Positions 39,011 through 52,992 of a DNA stretch of 64,000 nt are shown here, piece by piece. The stretch is taken from the NCBI GenBank assembly GCA_951406725.2, contig OX597818.1, forward strand, positions 57,908,001-57,972,000, given 5' to 3'. A program made the position numbers and the translations under genes. The notes under the pieces were generated by a model that did no database searches, was not told the DNA's origin, and worked only from the letters and a program-made list of their open reading frames with translations. Numbering within the stretch: position 1 is the first letter of the stretch; each line of letters begins with the position of its first letter. Source of the stretch: Octopus vulgaris. Taxonomy: Eukaryota.

Positions 39011-39861
39011 GTTTCGTGTTCCTGAAACTAAGCCCGGAGCGACTCAGCATAAAAGCGTTCAGTGTTTCATATCTGATTCCCCTTTCGTTTTTCTCTCCGC
39101 TAAGCTCTCTCCTCCTGCTCTCTGTTTCCGTCTGCATTTTCCTATCAGCTAACCACTTCACAACATAACACAGGGCCACAGGTACACGAATATTACAGAT
39201 AATCAGATCCATATTTTTCATACTTCACCAAATACCCTTAAACTATCAACATGGAGCATTAGCGATAAATGGAAAATGGTACGAGATAAATTCTTTGATT
39301 TTACTGAAACCCGAGAGATAAAGCACTTTCAATGATTTATATCTGAAAACTAGCATCTTTCAAAGATCAAATAGAACGTTTCTTGGATTATTATTAAAGA
39401 ACGGAAAACACAGTGATCTTCCATAAATTTTGTAATTACTAAATTGCAGCTATGCTTAGAAAGTTATTGAACTGTGATAACTTGATGACATGAGAGCCAA
39501 AGATAGGATGTATACGCGATTGCACGAGTTACTAGAAATAGTAAATAGCTCTTACATTTGGAAATGAAAGGGTACATTGGGTAATGAAGTTGTAACTCCC
39601 TTATAGTGAGGTTTTAGTTATATCCCTTTAGTTATGGTTTCAAAGTAATAAAAAACAACATCCGAGAAAAACAAAGAAATATGTGCTCTGTATATTTCGA
39701 ACAATGTAGTGTAAAGAACAGTAAAGTGAGCCCCATAACCTCAACCTTACTATTGGGAGTCATCGGTGACATCCATATTATATTAAGAATATAGCGTAAT
39801 GTGCCACCAGTGATTCTATGGTAGGGAGTCTGGAAGTCTTCTATCAGGCTTTTCTAATCTG

Positions 39862-40220
39862 TGTCTTTACTACCCACAAGGGGCTACACACAGAGGGGAC
39901 GAACAAGGACAGACGAACGGTGGATTAGGTGGATTATATCGACCCCAGAGCGTAACTGGTACTTATTTAATCGACCCCGAAAGGATGAAAGGCAAAGTCG
40001 ACCTCGGCAGAATTTGAACTCAGAACATAACGGCAGACGAAATACCTATTTCTTTACTACCCAAAAGGAGCTAAACACAGAGGGACAAACAAGGACAGAC
40101 AAACGGATTAAGTCAATTATATCGACCCCAGTGCTTAACTGGTACATATTTAATCGACCCCGAAAGGATGAAAGGCAAAGTCGACCTCAGCAGAACATGA
40201 ACTCAGAACGTAGCGGCAGA
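39862..40220 (-). mobile_element. SINE-C dimer, both tail 2, head missing
   Basis: Junction at 40046/40047. Confidence 0.85.
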
Positions 40221-41766
40221 AGCTTTTCTAAACTGATTAATAAAAGTTGTGCCTATTCCTAGGCGGTAGCACTTCGCTGATTATTTCATCTCTTAATAGG
40301 TGTACTTTGTCTTCACGTCTTAAGAAGAGACATTTAGTTTCTAATAGCTATAGAAAGCCTCTAATGCCGTTAACAGAAAGAAAATGTTTTATTGGTGTAG
40401 ACGACATTCTAATCAGTGATGTCGTAATAAATATAACAAGTTAATTATTTTTTTTAATCTTCAGCGAGCTACAACGAATTACTTGTCTTTTGCTTTTTGT
40501 CGAAAAGAAGACATGTCCACAATTGCCTCGCATCTATCATAGATCTATGTCTCATTTCACTACTTATGCAATGCGACATCTAAATGTAATTGAATTCTAT
40601 TGTAAGCAAATTCACTTTATGATTATTCTAGGTGAACAGGTAATGGTATACACGAAAGGTCATATAATATATTTTGCAAAAATATTCTTCATACCAATAG
40701 CATATTTGATGTTACATTAACTAACATTCGTATTTATTTTTACGTTTGTTACTTTTTGTTGACTGATTAAATTAATCCATATTAGTATATAAAGCTGCCT
40801 CTTATCATTTTGTCGTGTAATCCAGTGGAGAATGTTAAACATATTTTAGCTATAAACTTTTAGTAAATGTTTGATGATACAGCGTGAAGATAGAGTTTTA
40901 GGTGTTAAGCATCAAAAGCGTATGGTAGCCTCGCAATTTGCATCAACGGAATATTTGGTTCCAAGACACGATGATATTACAATTAATCTGATTTTTTAGA
41001 ATCATATTTGGACAATATATTCCTCTTAATCTTACAAACCCCAAAGACAAAATGGACATCATACACACACATCAAGAACACAAACACGTACATATGCATA
41101 CATGTGCATATATATAAATGCGTGTGTTTGTGTGTATGTGGCTGTGCGTATATGTGTGTGTGTGTTTGTGTGTATGTGCGAGAGTTTGTGTGTATGTGTG
41201 TGTGGTATAGTTTTAGTATGTATATATCTAATTAAAGTGCTCTCTACGAGAAGCCATCCATTGCTAAGAGTCGTACATTCGTATAATGCGGAAAGGAAAA
41301 ACCCTCTCCATTAATGTTAATGTGGTACTTGATGCTTTCTTTGGAGATCTGAAGTCACATCAGTCATATTCCCCGTAGAATGTAACTTTGGACATCTGAA
41401 GATTATTGGAGGAATTCTAATACTGTAAAATGAAACGGTAAGTAATGAAAAGATGGCATTTGACTCTATGCAATATGGTTTAACATTTCATCCTTTTCGA
41501 CGCTATCTCTTATCATTTTGTTTTCATGTCACGTGTGTGTATGTTTATGTGTGTGCGTGTGTGTGTACATACACATGTGTGTGTGTATGTGTGTGTGTGG
41601 ATGTGTGTGTATATGTCTATGGAAGTATAAACGCGCACGAGCATATATATTCACATATACAGCAATTGATAGATTGATAAATAGATAACTAGACAGACAG
41701 ACAGATAGGTGGACAGGCAGACAGACTGATGGATGATTCCTGTGAAACAGATAGCGGTACGTTATG

Positions 41767-41861
<95 letters not shown>

Positions 41862-41863
<2 letters not shown>

Positions 41864-42600
41864 AATTATTGTATACAGTGCTCACGTGCACCACACCTTG
41901 TCAAAAGTGCGTATAAAGCATATGGAGTAATGTACAAATGTCTGGAAAGTGAACAGTGTATGAGCCAGATACAAGCTTGCGTGTATATGGGGAGGGTGAG
42001 AAAATCAGGTGTAGTGTTGGCGAATCTCAGGAAGCATGGAAGTTTTGAAGGATGCAATGCTCCGACAACTAACAACTGATGCCGGCAGTTTGTTCCTTGC
42101 TTCAGCAACTCTTAGCGTGAAAAAAATGTTTCCAAAAGTCATGTAAACATGTCCTCGGGTGTTAGATAGGTGGAGTTTGAAAAGGTGCTCAGAGTTATTG
42201 TTTGCAAGATGGTTGATAATTTTATGGGTGTCTGCCAAGTCAGCTGCCAGACGTCGGAATTTCAATGTGTCCATTCACAGGGAACTAAGGCGTTCAGAAT
42301 ATGGCAAATGCCTGATGGAGGGTATTCTCTTGGTTGCACATCACTGAACGGTTTCCAGACGGTTTCCTGGGCAGGAGAGGGGTTCCAGACCGGTGATGTA
42401 AATTCCAGGTGAGGTCGTACCATAGCTATATAAAGCCGCAGATAGATAGCCGGAGACCGGCTCACAAAGGACTTGGTGAGTGATGCCAAGACACCCTCAG
42501 CCTTCTTGGCAATTTTAGCAATGTGTTTTGTCCAACGCAAATCACTGTCGACAATAATGCCCAGGTCATGCTCACAAGAAGACTTTTTGAGATTAGTGTT
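41862..42600 (-). mobile_element. CR1-group LINE 3' fragment (different family) with (TTA)n tail
   Basis: EHDLGIIVDSDLRW...LYIAMVRPHLEFTSPVWNP; FFTLRVAEARNKLPASVV; (AAT)n at 41768-41861. Confidence 0.9.
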
Positions 42601-43267
42601 ATGGATTCTGGGAAATATGTCGGGGCCTTACGTATTTTTATGTTGTTTGATTATGCCATACGATTTCAGCGTATGTGTTGATACGCTGCACATTAAATTA
42701 TTTTATCAGTCACGATAACCAAAATGAGAGTCGACAGAGAAGGCAAATCCTAGATGCTACATACATTGATAGAGGAAATGCAATTATTTCAGCTATATTT
42801 GAATAACAAAATTATATTGGTTTTTCTTTCCTGAAATTCCACACTTGTTACAAAGAATCTCAGAAAAACTAAGAAAAAAGCATCATTCGAATTTATTGAC
42901 GAAATATCTCAGCGAGCCTGATATATGTATTTCGTACACTTCTGGATATTCCCCAATTTAACGTTGCATGATATTTCTGCCGAGAAATCAAAAGGTTTGT
43001 CATATTTGACTAACATTGCATACAATGTTATCAGATCATTCTCAATTATTGGTAAAATATAAGCACACACTACGAGACTTTGTGTCGAAATACCTGTTAT
43101 CTCCCATGATAGTAAAACTATAAGTATCTTCAGCCGGCAATTTACTTGGAAGGCTAAACACACTATGTAGAACACATTGCGACTTTAAGTGAAACATTAC
43201 ATCTACCAATATTTTCTAATATTTTCGTACATGTGCAACGCAGATATTAATACCAGCGTATATGCTC

Positions 43268-43440
43268 GCCCAGCTAGCAGAATCGTAGGTACAACTGCAA
43301 AAATGCTTATTTGTATTTCTGTCATGTTTTCTTGTTCTGACGTGAAATACTTCCGAGGTTTACTTTCCCTCCTTTCTCTCGCGTACGATTAAATAAAGTA
43401 CCAGTGAAGTACTGGAGTAGATGCAATCGACGTACTGCCC
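43268..43440 (+). mobile_element. diverged SINE-C
   Basis: agctagcagaatcgtagg...gattaaataaagtaccagt. Confidence 0.55.
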
Positions 43441-44705
43441 TCTCGCCATCGTGATGCTCCTGTTTCACAATCGACCTTTAGCAAAGCCTGGTAGGATGTT
43501 CCGCTGTCTATTGGCTAATGAAACTGAAAGGATTGAGAAAAGACACCTTCCTCTTCGGTCCAGCTTTACTATGAAGGAAAGTGAGGGTAGAGTAATATCT
43601 CTGAGTGAATTTATGAAAAGATGGGTGACTATAATTTAAATTTCTTCCAACCTAATCAATCATAGCCTCCCCCACAAATTTTTATTTTCTAATTTCGTTA
43701 CGTAACCTTCCATATAAGTAACATTTTCCGTGCGATATATACTTTATCGTGATGAAATTTCTATAAAAGCTGCTCTTTATTATGCTTCAATTATATATTT
43801 GAGCAGATACTGGACTTTATACAAACAATTGCACTACAATCAGGTACAATCACATCAAGATTCCAAATATTCACTGTCCATAATTATATATAATTATATT
43901 AATTATTTCGCTGTGTGCTGTTTTAGTTTATAGCGATGTTTAGTAGAAATAGAAAAAAAATCTTTCGTAGAATTGCACATGAAAATAATATATTTTCTCA
44001 TCGTTATTATTTTCTTTCCTGATAGAAAAATATCTATAAATCTTAAGTGCATTTTCTTGGATCAGATATCTAAAAAGCTCTGAGCCGATGGTTTGAATCT
44101 CCCATAATAATAATCCCCCTAGTCGTATTTTATATCAGAAATATTTAATATACCAAAAGGTGTATAAAAATGATTTAAGAGAAATATTTCAGCATGGCCA
44201 ATGGCAGGTATCTATACAGCATAGAGAAATACAGATATACTAGATACCATACAACATATTTTCTTGATAGAATGAACATATCTCCCCGCCTGTAGATGAT
44301 GTGTCACGTTGACTAAATGTCAAATGAGAACAATTTCATATAAGAAGGAAGAAAAATCTTAAGAATCAAGACATTTATGAAACTTTTATGGCGTTCTCAA
44401 AATTTCTTTCACACCACAAGACACCCTTTTGAATCAACAGCACGTGGAATCGACGTCTCCACACTTTCCATGTGTAATAACGAAATATGAACTCCCATCG
44501 GAATTTGCATACCACGGACAAGAAGCATTTCTACAATTACTACACTCTACATTTATTCATAAATTTCCTGAAAATTCCTCACAATCTTGGCTTCGCTTTC
44601 TCATGTTAACACACACACACACACATACATACACTCATAAACATATATATATAAATATATATATAGACATGAAAATATATGTGTATATATATATGTGTGT
44701 GTGCG

Positions 44706-44751
<46 letters not shown>

Positions 44752-44862
44752 ATTAATATAAACGAAGACAAATCAAGAAAAAACAAGAACACGAGGACGT
44801 GGTACATGCAAATTATTAGGAGACACTCAGGGAAGGAAAGAAAGGTTTAGAGCAAAGCTCTT

Positions 44863-44930
<68 letters not shown>

Positions 44931-45161
44931 TATATATATATACATATATAGCCATATGTATATGGTTAAATTAAAGGCAGGGTCTATGCCATTAATATCG
45001 CTAGGCCCGGCAATCCGTGACATTTAAGGTGCAAGTAGATTGGTCAAAACCATATTCCAAATATTCAGCTTGTTGGAGTCCTCCAAGAGGTATAAAAAGG
45101 AAGAATTCAGTCACGTTACTACAGTTATCAAAACCTCAAATGTCCGTTTAATACATTTTAA

Positions 45162-45199
45162 AATCCGATGATTTCGACGAACGTATGAAAGCGGTAATT
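45162..45199 (+). ncRNA. degenerate hammerhead-like motif
   Basis: aau-CCGAUGA-uuucg-acgaa-cguau-GAAA-gcgg-UA-auu. Confidence 0.4.
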
Positions 45200-45795
45200 G
45201 AACTTTATGAACACTACAAAATAGTTTTTATGTTTATCACAATTTACCACTGCAAAAGAAATATATATTTTTAAACTACCACAAAAAAAAAAAAAACGCG
45301 TAACCATGTTTTAATTTATTCAACTTATATATATGTAAATATATAGTTTCGTTGAACCAGAGGTTAACATAACCGTCTAAGGGACAGAAGTATCCATTAA
45401 TCTACGGGTATATTACCTATATTTAACCATGGCCATATATATGCAAATATATGCTCATAAGTTATGGGTAGCGAAAAGAATAAACATGGGTTTATCAAGA
45501 ATGAAAATCTAAAGAAACAGAGTATGGAGAGGTACTAATGAACAACAATTGACTTACATCAATTATTATTTATTGATTCAATGCAAATAGACTGCAGCCC
45601 ATCTCTTTTTGTCTGTAGATATCCCTCATCAAATTCATGTTTGAAATCTATGATTAAAATTTGAAATTAAAATACTTGCAGATTGTTTTTACAGATGTAA
45701 ACACATTCTAAAATTTGCTCATGCATTCATACACACACAAAAGGAATACAGCCTACATATAGATGCATATGCACCAACTCGCACAAATACATATT

Positions 45796-45890
<95 letters not shown>

Positions 45891-46205
45891 GTGTGTATAT
45901 ATATATACACCTAGGTACACTCCCAGACACGTATACACACTCACATACAGCATCCATTCACACAAATATACACACCTCTATGTACCCAAATATTAATGCA
46001 TATTATCTTGCTTTAATAAGACATACATTGGTACACACATATGTCAGCTTTAACAAATAATCGTCCCCTGCATGTATATTAATACACATAATCACAATAA
46101 CAGCAGTATTAATAGGAGATAGATAAGTGCTAACTGCAAAACAAGGATGAGATGCAGTCTATTTATCAATATTTCTCCATTCTCTGTTTTCTTCATATAT
46201 ATATA

Positions 46206-46555
46206 GGCGCAGGAGTGGCTGTGTGGTAAGTAGCTTGCTTACCAGCCACATGGTTCCGGGTTCCGTCCTACTGCGTGGCGCCTTGGGCAAGTGTCTTCTA
46301 CTATAGCCTCGGGCCGACCAAAGCCATGTGAGTGGATTTGGTAGAGGGAAACTGAAAGAAGCCCGTCGTATATATATACGTGTGTGTGTGCATGTGTGCG
46401 TGTTTGTTTGTGTTTGTCCCCCTCAACATCGCTTGACAACCGATGGTGGTGTGTTTATGTCCCCGTAACTTTGCGGTTCGGCAGAAGAGACCGATAGAAT
46501 AAGTACTAGGCTTACAAAGAATAAGTCCTGGAACAAGTAAAAGAGTAGGAGTAAA

Positions 46556-46558
<3 letters not shown>
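46206..46558 (+). mobile_element. SINE-A with a deletion in the tail
   Basis: Homology. Confidence 0.88.
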
Positions 46559-46606
<48 letters not shown>

Positions 46607-46715
46607 TAAATATAAAAGTTGAGCAAAATTTAGATTCAGATGAATATGGTACTTAAGTCAAAGGCACTAGAATTTTGTGTGGTATTATCCATATAAATCC
46701 ATGGGGTGATTGCAA

Positions 46716-46849
46716 TCAAAATAAGCAACAAGGATATCCGTCATAATGTGGTACGATCGCTTCATGCTACTTCATTTTATTAAACTTACATGAAGTAGCA
46801 TGAAACGATCGTACCACATTACCTCGGATATACTTGTTGCTTATTTTGA
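46716..46849. repeat. inverted repeat, 60-bp arms and 14-bp spacer, abutting (TA)n
   Basis: 46716-46775 versus 46790-46849; right arm homologous to 11395-11452. Confidence 0.9.
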
Positions 46850-47251
46850 CCATATATATATATATATATGAAGAAAACAGAAAATAGAGAAACATTGATA
46901 AACAACAGTTGACTCACATCAGTTATCATTTATTAATTCAATGCAAATCCTGAACTGACATTATATGTAAATTCGCAAAGCTAGAAGTCAAAATACATTT
47001 AGTACAGCAGATGAAATATTTCATATGTCATACGGTATTATAATACCAGCATGACCTGGATTTACTGTCTTTCGGTATTTCAAACGAAATCTAAAAGACC
47101 AAATGCAAAATTCGATAAACATTAACAAGAGTTATAACTCGAACAAAATACTTTTTGAACTTTATAAGTGTTTGGTATTCGAACACATTGAAGTATTCAT
47201 CTCTGACTTGTTATTTAATGGCATATAAGCTATATATACCATGTGTGCGTT

Positions 47252-47650
47252 CTGGTGGAATCGTTAGCTCGCCTGGAAAATGCCAAGAAGTATTTCATCC
47301 GTCTTTATGTTTAGTTTCCACATTGTGCTGTGGTCGACTTTGCTTTTCCTCCTTTCAGGGTCAATAAAATAATTACCAGTTGAGAAATGAAGGCGTTGAT
47401 TTGTTTATTTTTTTCCCCGAAATTGCTGGCCTTGTGCTAAAATTTCGAAACCAGTATTTTATGAAGCCGTGATCTGGCGGAAATGTTAGCAAGCCGGGCA
47501 GAATGTTTAGTGTCACTTCGTCTGTATTTACGTTAAGCCGCGGTAGACTTTGCCTTTTATCCAATCCGAGTAAATATCAGTTGAGCACTCGTGTCGATGT
47601 AGACAACTTGTCACTTCCCCGGACTCGCTAGCCATGTTCCAAAATTTGAA
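47252..47650 (+). mobile_element. two adjacent diverged SINE-C copies, tail 1
   Basis: ggtcgactttgcttttcctcctttcaggg; ggccttgtgctaaaatttcgaaacc. Confidence 0.65.
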
Positions 47651-48273
47651 AGTGAATCTCAGTTGTATCTATGAGGAGTGGTGAATGTATTTGGTTTTGA
47701 GGTTTAGAAAAAAATGCTACAAAATTTATGTAAGGAGCACAGGACCTTACATTTAAGAAAGAAGCATTGGGCCGGTTTCCCGGATGTATATATTCCTCAT
47801 TACTTACAAATGGGAAATATAGTTTTTTACTCAATGACACAACGCATCGCTCAGTCCAAGAATTGGAACCACGAACTTGAAATTGTCAGTCCAATGTCTC
47901 TGACCAATGAGCGTGAAACAAGTACAAAATGTATAGTGAATTAAAACACGTGACAACTGGATTCTGGATTTGGATGCGTCTCAAGTATCAAGCTGGTAAT
48001 AACGTCATATGTTTAGATTTGACTTATCGTCTTTTTTTACTTTTTTGTCTACGAACATATCATCATTCACTTTTTATATTACCTCGGGAATATATATATA
48101 TATATTTTACAGCATCATAAATTCCTCTGATGCGTGCTAATTTGTGGATGTGCATACATTACAATCACGCTCACACACACACACGCACGCGCACACACCA
48201 TGCCTTTTATAGATATGATTTCACTAGAGATTTTATTGTTTTACTTTTGATACGTAAAAATCTCTTATGTTTA

Positions 48274-48360
<87 letters not shown>

Positions 48361-48361
48361 G

Positions 48362-48402
<41 letters not shown>

Positions 48403-49109
48403 ATAAGAGATATTCAAAAGAGGAAAGTGTCATTAGTGGCTGTGACACAATTCTCTCGTTTGTTTACGTAAAAATTAGAAATATCTTAGACACTGCACAA
48501 TATGCTACTGTATTCTTCAATCAAATGTTAAGAATATATATACGTAATTTTGATACTCATTTGATACTAAATGAGAAAATTATAGGCGGAAATAGCCAAA
48601 TATCAGTAGAACATTACATTTAAGGGAGTAATTAAATCATCCCATGCTCTCATTCTTAAATTACAGAATAATTCCATTTTGATTAAATTCCTTCATTCTG
48701 TATTTACATCATACTTGAAACCTAATATATATGGTAACGAAGCAATTATTTACGTAGCATCTTGAAATTAACTTTAACATACCTGTGCTGTTGTTATATC
48801 AGTAATGTACACATTGTTAATACTAGTGAATACCCATTGCTATTTAAATAGTTACAGGTCGACCACCTAGATTTAGTAGCCTTCTTTTTTCTTTATTCAA
48901 TTTTTATCATACTGCCATCAAAAAGTCATTGTTAACCTAGGAATTTTAATATATTTCCTAAAATCCAGCCAATAATGATGAGACTATATTTTTACAGTGC
49001 AATTTCTAAAGTCACAATTTCTTTTTTTTTACTTTTGTAATATCTAAGCATTTTCTTTTAATATTTGTTCTAGTCTTGTAGCATATTGATGTTTCTGTCT
49101 CTCATTAAC

Positions 49110-49297
49110 GTGGAAAGCCAGCAGAATTGTTAGCATGCTTCGGAAAATTTTCAGCGGTATTTCCTCCGTTAATTTTCTGAGTTCATATTTTGTCGAGTCC
49201 GGTCATTAAAATAAGTAACAGTTGTGTGATAGTGTTGACCTAATCGACTAATTCATTTCCCGGATATTACGGGCTTTGTGCCAAAATTGGAAATCAG
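49110..49297 (+). mobile_element. diverged SINE-C
   Basis: agccagcagaattgttagca...ctttgtgccaaaattggaaa. Confidence 0.55.
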
Positions 49298-49311
49298 TAT
49301 TATTATATGCT

Positions 49312-49748
49312 GTCAAAGGGATTCGGAGGTACAGATATATGAAGCTAAAAGTACCCATGATGGCTACCCCACTGATAAGGGTACATCAAACACTTATATC
49401 ACAGCAATATGTGCACGGCATGGTTACCCCATATCAAAATAAACAGGGCATCAAATAGCAGGTGGGACCCAGTTATAATTTTCTTCAGGCAGAGTAGCCC
49501 ATCCTGCTCAAAACATCCAGAATAAGCGTTATTTAAGAGTGATGAACGAAACACCCATATTTACTGAGGAGAATTATTCAAGCCCCACAGTATTTTCCTT
49601 GATACATGACTATAATGCTCCTCCACTACTCCTGCTCCTGATCATCTATGCACATATCTTCAACCTCTAAGTGACATGTTCAGTTGGTTAAGCAAGCGAC
49701 AAGCAAATCTGCGGTATTGAGCAGAATATTTGCTGTAGCCCATTTTTT
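49312..49748. mobile_element. unclassified ~560-bp repeat, opposite orientation to 17220
   Basis: Reverse-complement homology. Confidence 0.75.
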
Positions 49749-49871
49749 CAATGTAGAGGAATTTTCTAATATCTAATACGCTATACACTCTCCTCATACA
49801 AGAGCCTGATGAAACAGTACTCATATTATCGCACTCAGTATTATACACATATAATATATATATATATATAT

Positions 49872-50278
49872 TGGCTGTGTGGTAAGTAGCTTGCTAACCA
49901 ACCACATGGTTCCGGGTTCAGTCCCACTGCGTGGCATCTTGGGCATGTGTCTTCTACTATAGCCCCGGGACGACCAATGCCTTGTGAGTGGATTTGGTAG
50001 ACGGAAACTGAAAGAAGCCTGTCGTAAATATGTATATATATATATATATATATAAGTGTGTGTATATGTTTGTGTGTCTGTGTTTGTCCCCCTAGCATTG
50101 CTTGACAACCGATGCTGGTGTGTTTACGTCCCCGTAACTTAAGGGTTCGGCAAAAGAGACCGATAGAATAAGTACTGGGCTTGCAAAGAATAAGTCCCGG
50201 GGTCGATTTGCTGGACTAAAGGTGGTGCTCCAGCATGGCCACAGTCAAATGACTGAAACAAGTAAAAGAGTAAAAGAG

Positions 50279-50280
<2 letters not shown>
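49872..50280 (+). mobile_element. SINE-A
   Basis: Homology. Confidence 0.9.
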
Positions 50281-50352
<72 letters not shown>

Positions 50353-50377
50353 AGAGAGATAATTTATTAGATAGATA

Positions 50378-50766
50378 GATAATAATTTTTATAATTATGA
50401 GTATAATAATAAATAGGGTTCAGTAAAAAAAAATGCTTCCCTACATACCGAAATTTAAAAATACCAGCAAAAAACTAGCTATTTCTTTATCATAAGGAAA
50501 TATCCCAGACAACATATACTCGAAACAATCCAAGTAGGCAAACTCCAAAACGCGTCCACAGTCAATCAAATGCCGGGTGAATTCGTTATTTTTACTCTTT
50601 GCCAACATGGATTAGTTTTTTCAGTATATGTTGTCTGGAAGATATTTTTATGGTAGAGAAATAGCTAGTTTTTTGGCTGCTATTTCTAAATTTCGATATG
50701 TGGTGAAGCAGATTTTTTGCTGAATCTTCATTATAATTATACTCATAATTATAAAAATTATTGTCT
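50378..50766. repeat. diverged inverted repeat, ~165-bp arms
   Basis: aataatttttataattatgagtataat...cagacaacatatact versus agtatatgttgtctg...attatactcataattataaaaattatt. Confidence 0.85.
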
Positions 50767-50865
50767 AAGTTTACCGATAATGGTTCTTATAACATGCCAA
50801 AACTACTTGGTAAAATTATTAATCATTAATTAATTAATTAATTTTACCCTTTATTATAGATAGAT

Positions 50866-51180
50866 ATGTTTCTTTATTAGCCACAGAGGGCTGCACACAG
50901 ACAGAACAAACTACAAGGTAGAGCTTTTCTTTTGGGAGTAAAAAAAGGGGGTTGGTTTTCGATCAAAAGGGATCGTAAACGGAAAGAAAGGGGACAAAAA
51001 AAGGGGGGGGAACAAAAGAAAAGGGGAGAGGAAAAAAGTTGATCAATAGGGATCGTAATCACAGAAATATCAATATGAAGTGTAAAGGGGAGGACAGGTG
51101 AGGTTACCCGTGGAAAGAAAAGCCTACGGAAAAGACCACGGTAACCTCGGTCAATGAAGTCACATGTTATATTTCTTTTT
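50866..51180 (-). mobile_element. probable LINE 3' UTR fragment sharing its 3' end with SINE-C tail 2
   Basis: Pyrimidine-rich on minus strand; ends agccctctgtggctaataaagaaaca; hairpin at 51100-51148. Confidence 0.5.
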
Positions 51181-51482
51181 CTTTTTTTTGCTTGCAAATT
51201 AGCAACACTCTGTATTAATTTTTACGGTTCATAGAATCATAGTCAAGGTGGCTTCGTCATTCATACGTGCCATACAGATAGATGTCCACGAAAAGGTTTA
51301 CAAAAATTATACTTCAACACAGCAGACTTCCTGGCGTTGGCAGTTCATGCTTTAAGCATTTTAATAATTCTGTTCGTCGTCATCATAAATCCGAAAGGAC
51401 TCCAATTAATGCTACTTCAACATCCAACATCCATATAACACTGGCGTACAATAAAACAAAACGAACACTCCTATGTATGGAT

Positions 51483-51867
51483 GGAAGCACTCCGTCGGTT
51501 ACGACGACATGAGGGTTCCGGTTGATCCGAATCAACGGAACAGCCTGCTCGTGAAATTAACGTGTAAGTGGCTGAGCACACCACAGACACGTGTACCCTT
51601 AACGTAGTTCTCGGGGATATTCAGCGTGACACAGAGAGTGACAAGGCCGGCCCTTTCAAATACAGGTACAACAGAAACAGGAAGTAAGAGTGAGAGAAAG
51701 TTGTGGTGAAAGAGTACAGCAGGGATCACCACCATCCCCTGCCTGAGCCTCGTGGAGCTTTTAGGTGTTTTCGCTCAATAAACACTCACAACGCCCGGTC
51801 TGGGAATCGAAACCGCGATCCTATGACCGCGAGTCCGCTGCCCTAACCACTGGGTCATTGCGCCTCC
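51483..51867 (-). mobile_element. SINE-B, full length
   Basis: Homology; TSD-like cctatgtatg on both sides. Confidence 0.93.
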
Positions 51868-52617
51868 CCTATGTATGCAGTATGTATTTTAATGTAGAAT
51901 TTTAAAGGTTGGATTATTCATTCATTTGCTATATTTATAAATCTTCTGTTTGTGTGTTACGAAAGGCAATATCACTTGCGAAACATCCATTTTATTTTAT
52001 GGATGAAAACTTTTACGTTATCTGCAATCGTGCAATCATGTAATTCGCCGTTTCCCTTTCCATTTGAATGTAATCTACAGATCATTATATAAATTGGTAG
52101 ATAAACCAAAAATTGCATTAATATCTGGATTCATAAAATGATTTTAATATAATTTTGTAAACTGTGGAGGGAATTATGTAGATTGCACGTTTTATTCTTA
52201 TATTAAAATTTCTGCTTCCACGATATATTTCTTAAAATAACCAAATATTATCCAATAAATCATAGACTTTATCTAAGCATATATTCATTTAAATAAGGGG
52301 TATGTGTTCAATCATACATGTCATGTGAAGTCCTATAAAATTGAGAGATTCAATATTTGTTATTCTGATATATGGAAGATCTTGTCCTATCATCAGAATT
52401 TCGAACGTAAAGTCACTGAGAATTCTTACGTTTTACAGTGATTTACTATGCTTAACAGGTTCATAGGAATTTCCACATCAACAAGCACTCTGTTACCAAG
52501 TAATTAAAACTAGAATACGACAAGAAATAAAAGCAGATTCGCACGGGAAAAAATCAAAATTTCCTGACAGACACTCACAGAAACACACATAGACACACAC
52601 ATATCTGTCTGTATATG

Positions 52618-52992
52618 TCTCTTTTACTCTTTTACTCTTTTACTTGTTTCAATCATTTGACTGCGGCCATGCTGGAGCACCGCCTTTAATCGAGCAAATC
52701 GACCCTGGGACTTATTCCTTGTAAGCCCAGTACTTATGCTATCGCTCTCTTTTTGCCGAACCGCTAAGTGACGGGAACGTAAGCACACCAGCATCGGTTG
52801 TCAAGCGATGTTGGATGGGATGAACACAGACACACAAACATACACGCACACATACACACATATATAAACATAGGCATTGGTCGTCTCGGGGTTATAGCAG
52901 AAGACACTTGCCCAAGATGCCACGCAGTAGGACTGAACCCGGAACCATGTGGTTGGTTAGCAAGCTACTTACCACACAGCCACTCCTACGCC
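52618..52992 (-). mobile_element. SINE-A with internal deletion
   Basis: Homology. Confidence 0.88.

Noticed and set aside
50771-50816. Hammerhead-like uuuac-CGAUAA-UGG..CCA-AAA..guaaa (and 30068-30100)
   Set aside because: Core too degenerate to distinguish from chance
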